The position numbers and the translations under genes were made by a program. Below are positions 62,081 to 64,000 of a stretch of DNA of 64,000 nt, one piece after another (the stretch's first letter is position 1; every line of letters starts with the position of its first letter). Below the pieces are notes generated by a model. It was not told where the DNA came from, did no database searches, and was given only the letters and a program-made list of their open reading frames with translations. The stretch lies in assembly GCA_965113315.1 (NCBI GenBank), contig OZ220366.1; one strand, 5' to 3'. This DNA is from Podarcis vaucheri (Eukaryota).

Positions 62081-63499
62081 TGACATTATTCCAACACTTT
62101 CACCCTTGTTTGATAGACTCTTAGCTATCTTCTTCTCAACTAGGGAAACAATTCCAACACTGAAGCACATAAACCTCTTCATGTTCTCTGAGAACAAGGC
62201 CACAAATTTATATTATCATCTATCATATAAAATGGACGAATTTCGAAAGCTACAGCTGAGTTAATTTTTTTTAAGCTGGTATATCATCGAAGGAAGCAAA
62301 ATACCTCATACTTATAATGTTACATGCAAAAATCCTCCAGGCTTTAAAATTATTTTTTATTAAGTGCATTCATTACCTACCCTTCACCAGGAGGTGCCAG
62401 AGGAGGCCACGCGATAATAAAACAAAACAGTGTAACACAAGAATCATAGCAAAAATCACATCATTACAACACTTATAAAAATCACTATCAGTGGGATAAA
62501 ACAACCAAAACATTTCCAAAAGATATGCCTTAGCATGCGAGAACTGCACTATGTTAAAAAGATAAAGACCAACTCTACTGATAAGCTTTTTGTGGGGGGG
62601 GAGGAAAGAAGAGAAATCTGTTAGCAAAGAAACAAGAGTAGGCCTCTTCCATCAGAGAGTCCACAGATCTAGTCAACCAGGGAAGACACAAGGAACAAAA
62701 AACTCCTTGCCCAAGTTCACAAACTGCAGTGATCCCAAAACACAGAAAAGTCTGTGATATGTGGCCTGCAGTTCTGTTGAACTCAAAACCAGCCCCAAAG
62801 TATTAAGCTACGGTGTATCTTCAACAAGACTGTGTGCATATTTACTAAAAGAACTTGATAATATTAGCCCAGTGGAATATAAACCATCCACATTACTGCC
62901 AGTATCCAATTTCCCCACAGTGTCTGTCATAGACTCTCCCTGCAATGCTAAGCCTTAATATGGCTTAGTTGCTTATTCTGCCTAGCATTTTCTTCTGCAG
63001 AAGGAAGCAGAACCTCACCCATTTCCTAAACTACATAATTCAGTAGCAGAATCCAAAGATACAGAGGGAGGCTTCTTTCCTGACAACCTACTGGGCCCCT
63101 CCCTACTATCCACTTCCCAGACCACTGGGTCCCTCCCCAAGGATCCAATTTCACACTCTCCTCTTAATGCTCCTTCCCCTCTGACCAGCGCTGCCAGAAG
63201 TCTCCATGGGGGTCACAACAGGAGGAAGGGTTGGAGCTGCCCATCTCAGGCAGTGCGCTGTCTTTTGCGGGCCCTGGACCAGCACCTCCTCTCCTCCACC
63301 AATTCAAGCTCTTCCCATAGGTCCAGTAACCTAGAAAAAGCACCACTGAATATCCAGGTTTGTATTTCCCCTGCAATGGGAGGCAAAGCACAGGGACCAT
63401 TTCCTTTCGTCATCTTTTTGTGAACTCTGATCCCAAAAGTTCATTATCTCCTCATTCCAAATCTGAACAGCACTGCTTTATGGTAAACACAGGACAGCA

Positions 63500-64000
63500 C
63501 TTGGTTGGCTTTTGATACCATCGGCCATGGTATCTTTCTAGAGCGACTGTCTGAACTAGGTTTGGGTGGCACCTCTTTGCGGTGGTACCAGTCCTACTTG
63601 GATGGTCGTTCCCAGAAGGTGTTGCTTGGGGAATGCTTTTCAGCCCCGTGGAACCTTCAATGTGGGGTTCTGCAGGGCTGAGTCCTATGCCCACAATGTT
63701 TAACATCTACATGAAACAACTGGGTGCGGTTATCCGGAGATTTGGAGTACATAGTCAGCTGTATGCTGATGACACTCAGCTCTAAATCTCCTTTACATCT
63801 GCAGGTTAGGCAGCAGAAGTGCTGGACCACTGCCTTGCCTCGATAATGAGAGCCAACAAACTGAAACTCAATCCAAATGAGGCACTGTTAGTGGGTGGTT
63901 ACCTAGAAAGGATGGGTGGGAGATCGCCTGCTCTTGATGGGGTTACACTTCCTCTGAAGGAGCAGATTCATAGCTTGGGGGTACTCCTGGATCTTCTGCT
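63500..64000 (+). mobile_element. L2/CR1-clade LINE reverse-transcriptase fragment, degenerate, runs off the window
   Basis: AFDTI..H, LSPMPTMFNIYM and YADDTQL motifs with frameshifts and stops. Confidence 0.85.

Noticed and set aside
63582-63785. ORF with YADD motif as a functional reverse transcriptase
   Set aside because: Frameshifted and stop-interrupted LINE remnant.
1-64000. CRISPR arrays, operons, prokaryotic defence systems or intronic snoRNA/miRNA genes
   Set aside because: The sequence is a spliced vertebrate gene. No repeat-spacer arrays were seen and no ncRNA was recognisable by eye; an Rfam/Infernal scan would be needed to exclude ncRNAs fully.

Overview
Vertebrate genomic DNA, most likely from a squamate (lacertid-type lizard, judged from a Sauria SINE and other squamate-style repeats). 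Almost the whole window is the 3' part of TIAM1 (Rac1 guanine nucleotide exchange factor) on the minus strand. I traced 24 coding exons from 55944 down to the TAG stop at 2865. All have GT-AG introns with compatible phases and join into one 3834-nt frame (1277 aa: PH-CC-Ex, RBD, PDZ, DH, PHc, C-tail); several are too short for the ORF track. The N-terminal coding exon lies beyond the right edge. A roughly 2.4-kb 3' UTR runs to a poly(A) signal at about 473 and carries seed matches for miR-21, miR-10, miR-22, miR-141 and miR-183. Introns contain SINEs, L2/CR1/RTE fragments, Tc1/mariner and hAT MITEs, and microsatellites. The most interesting non-obvious signal is a candidate internal promoter and first exon at about 22061-22650. 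It would encode a short DH-PH-only TIAM1 isoform (628 aa, basic 29-aa N-terminus), preceded by a uORF whose stop overlaps the start codon (TGATG). There is also an apparent 3-aa insertion in the conserved coiled-coil that coincides with a perfect DNA palindrome. Comparisons with mammalian TIAM1 are from memory and need confirming by alignment. No prokaryotic systems or CRISPR arrays were seen.
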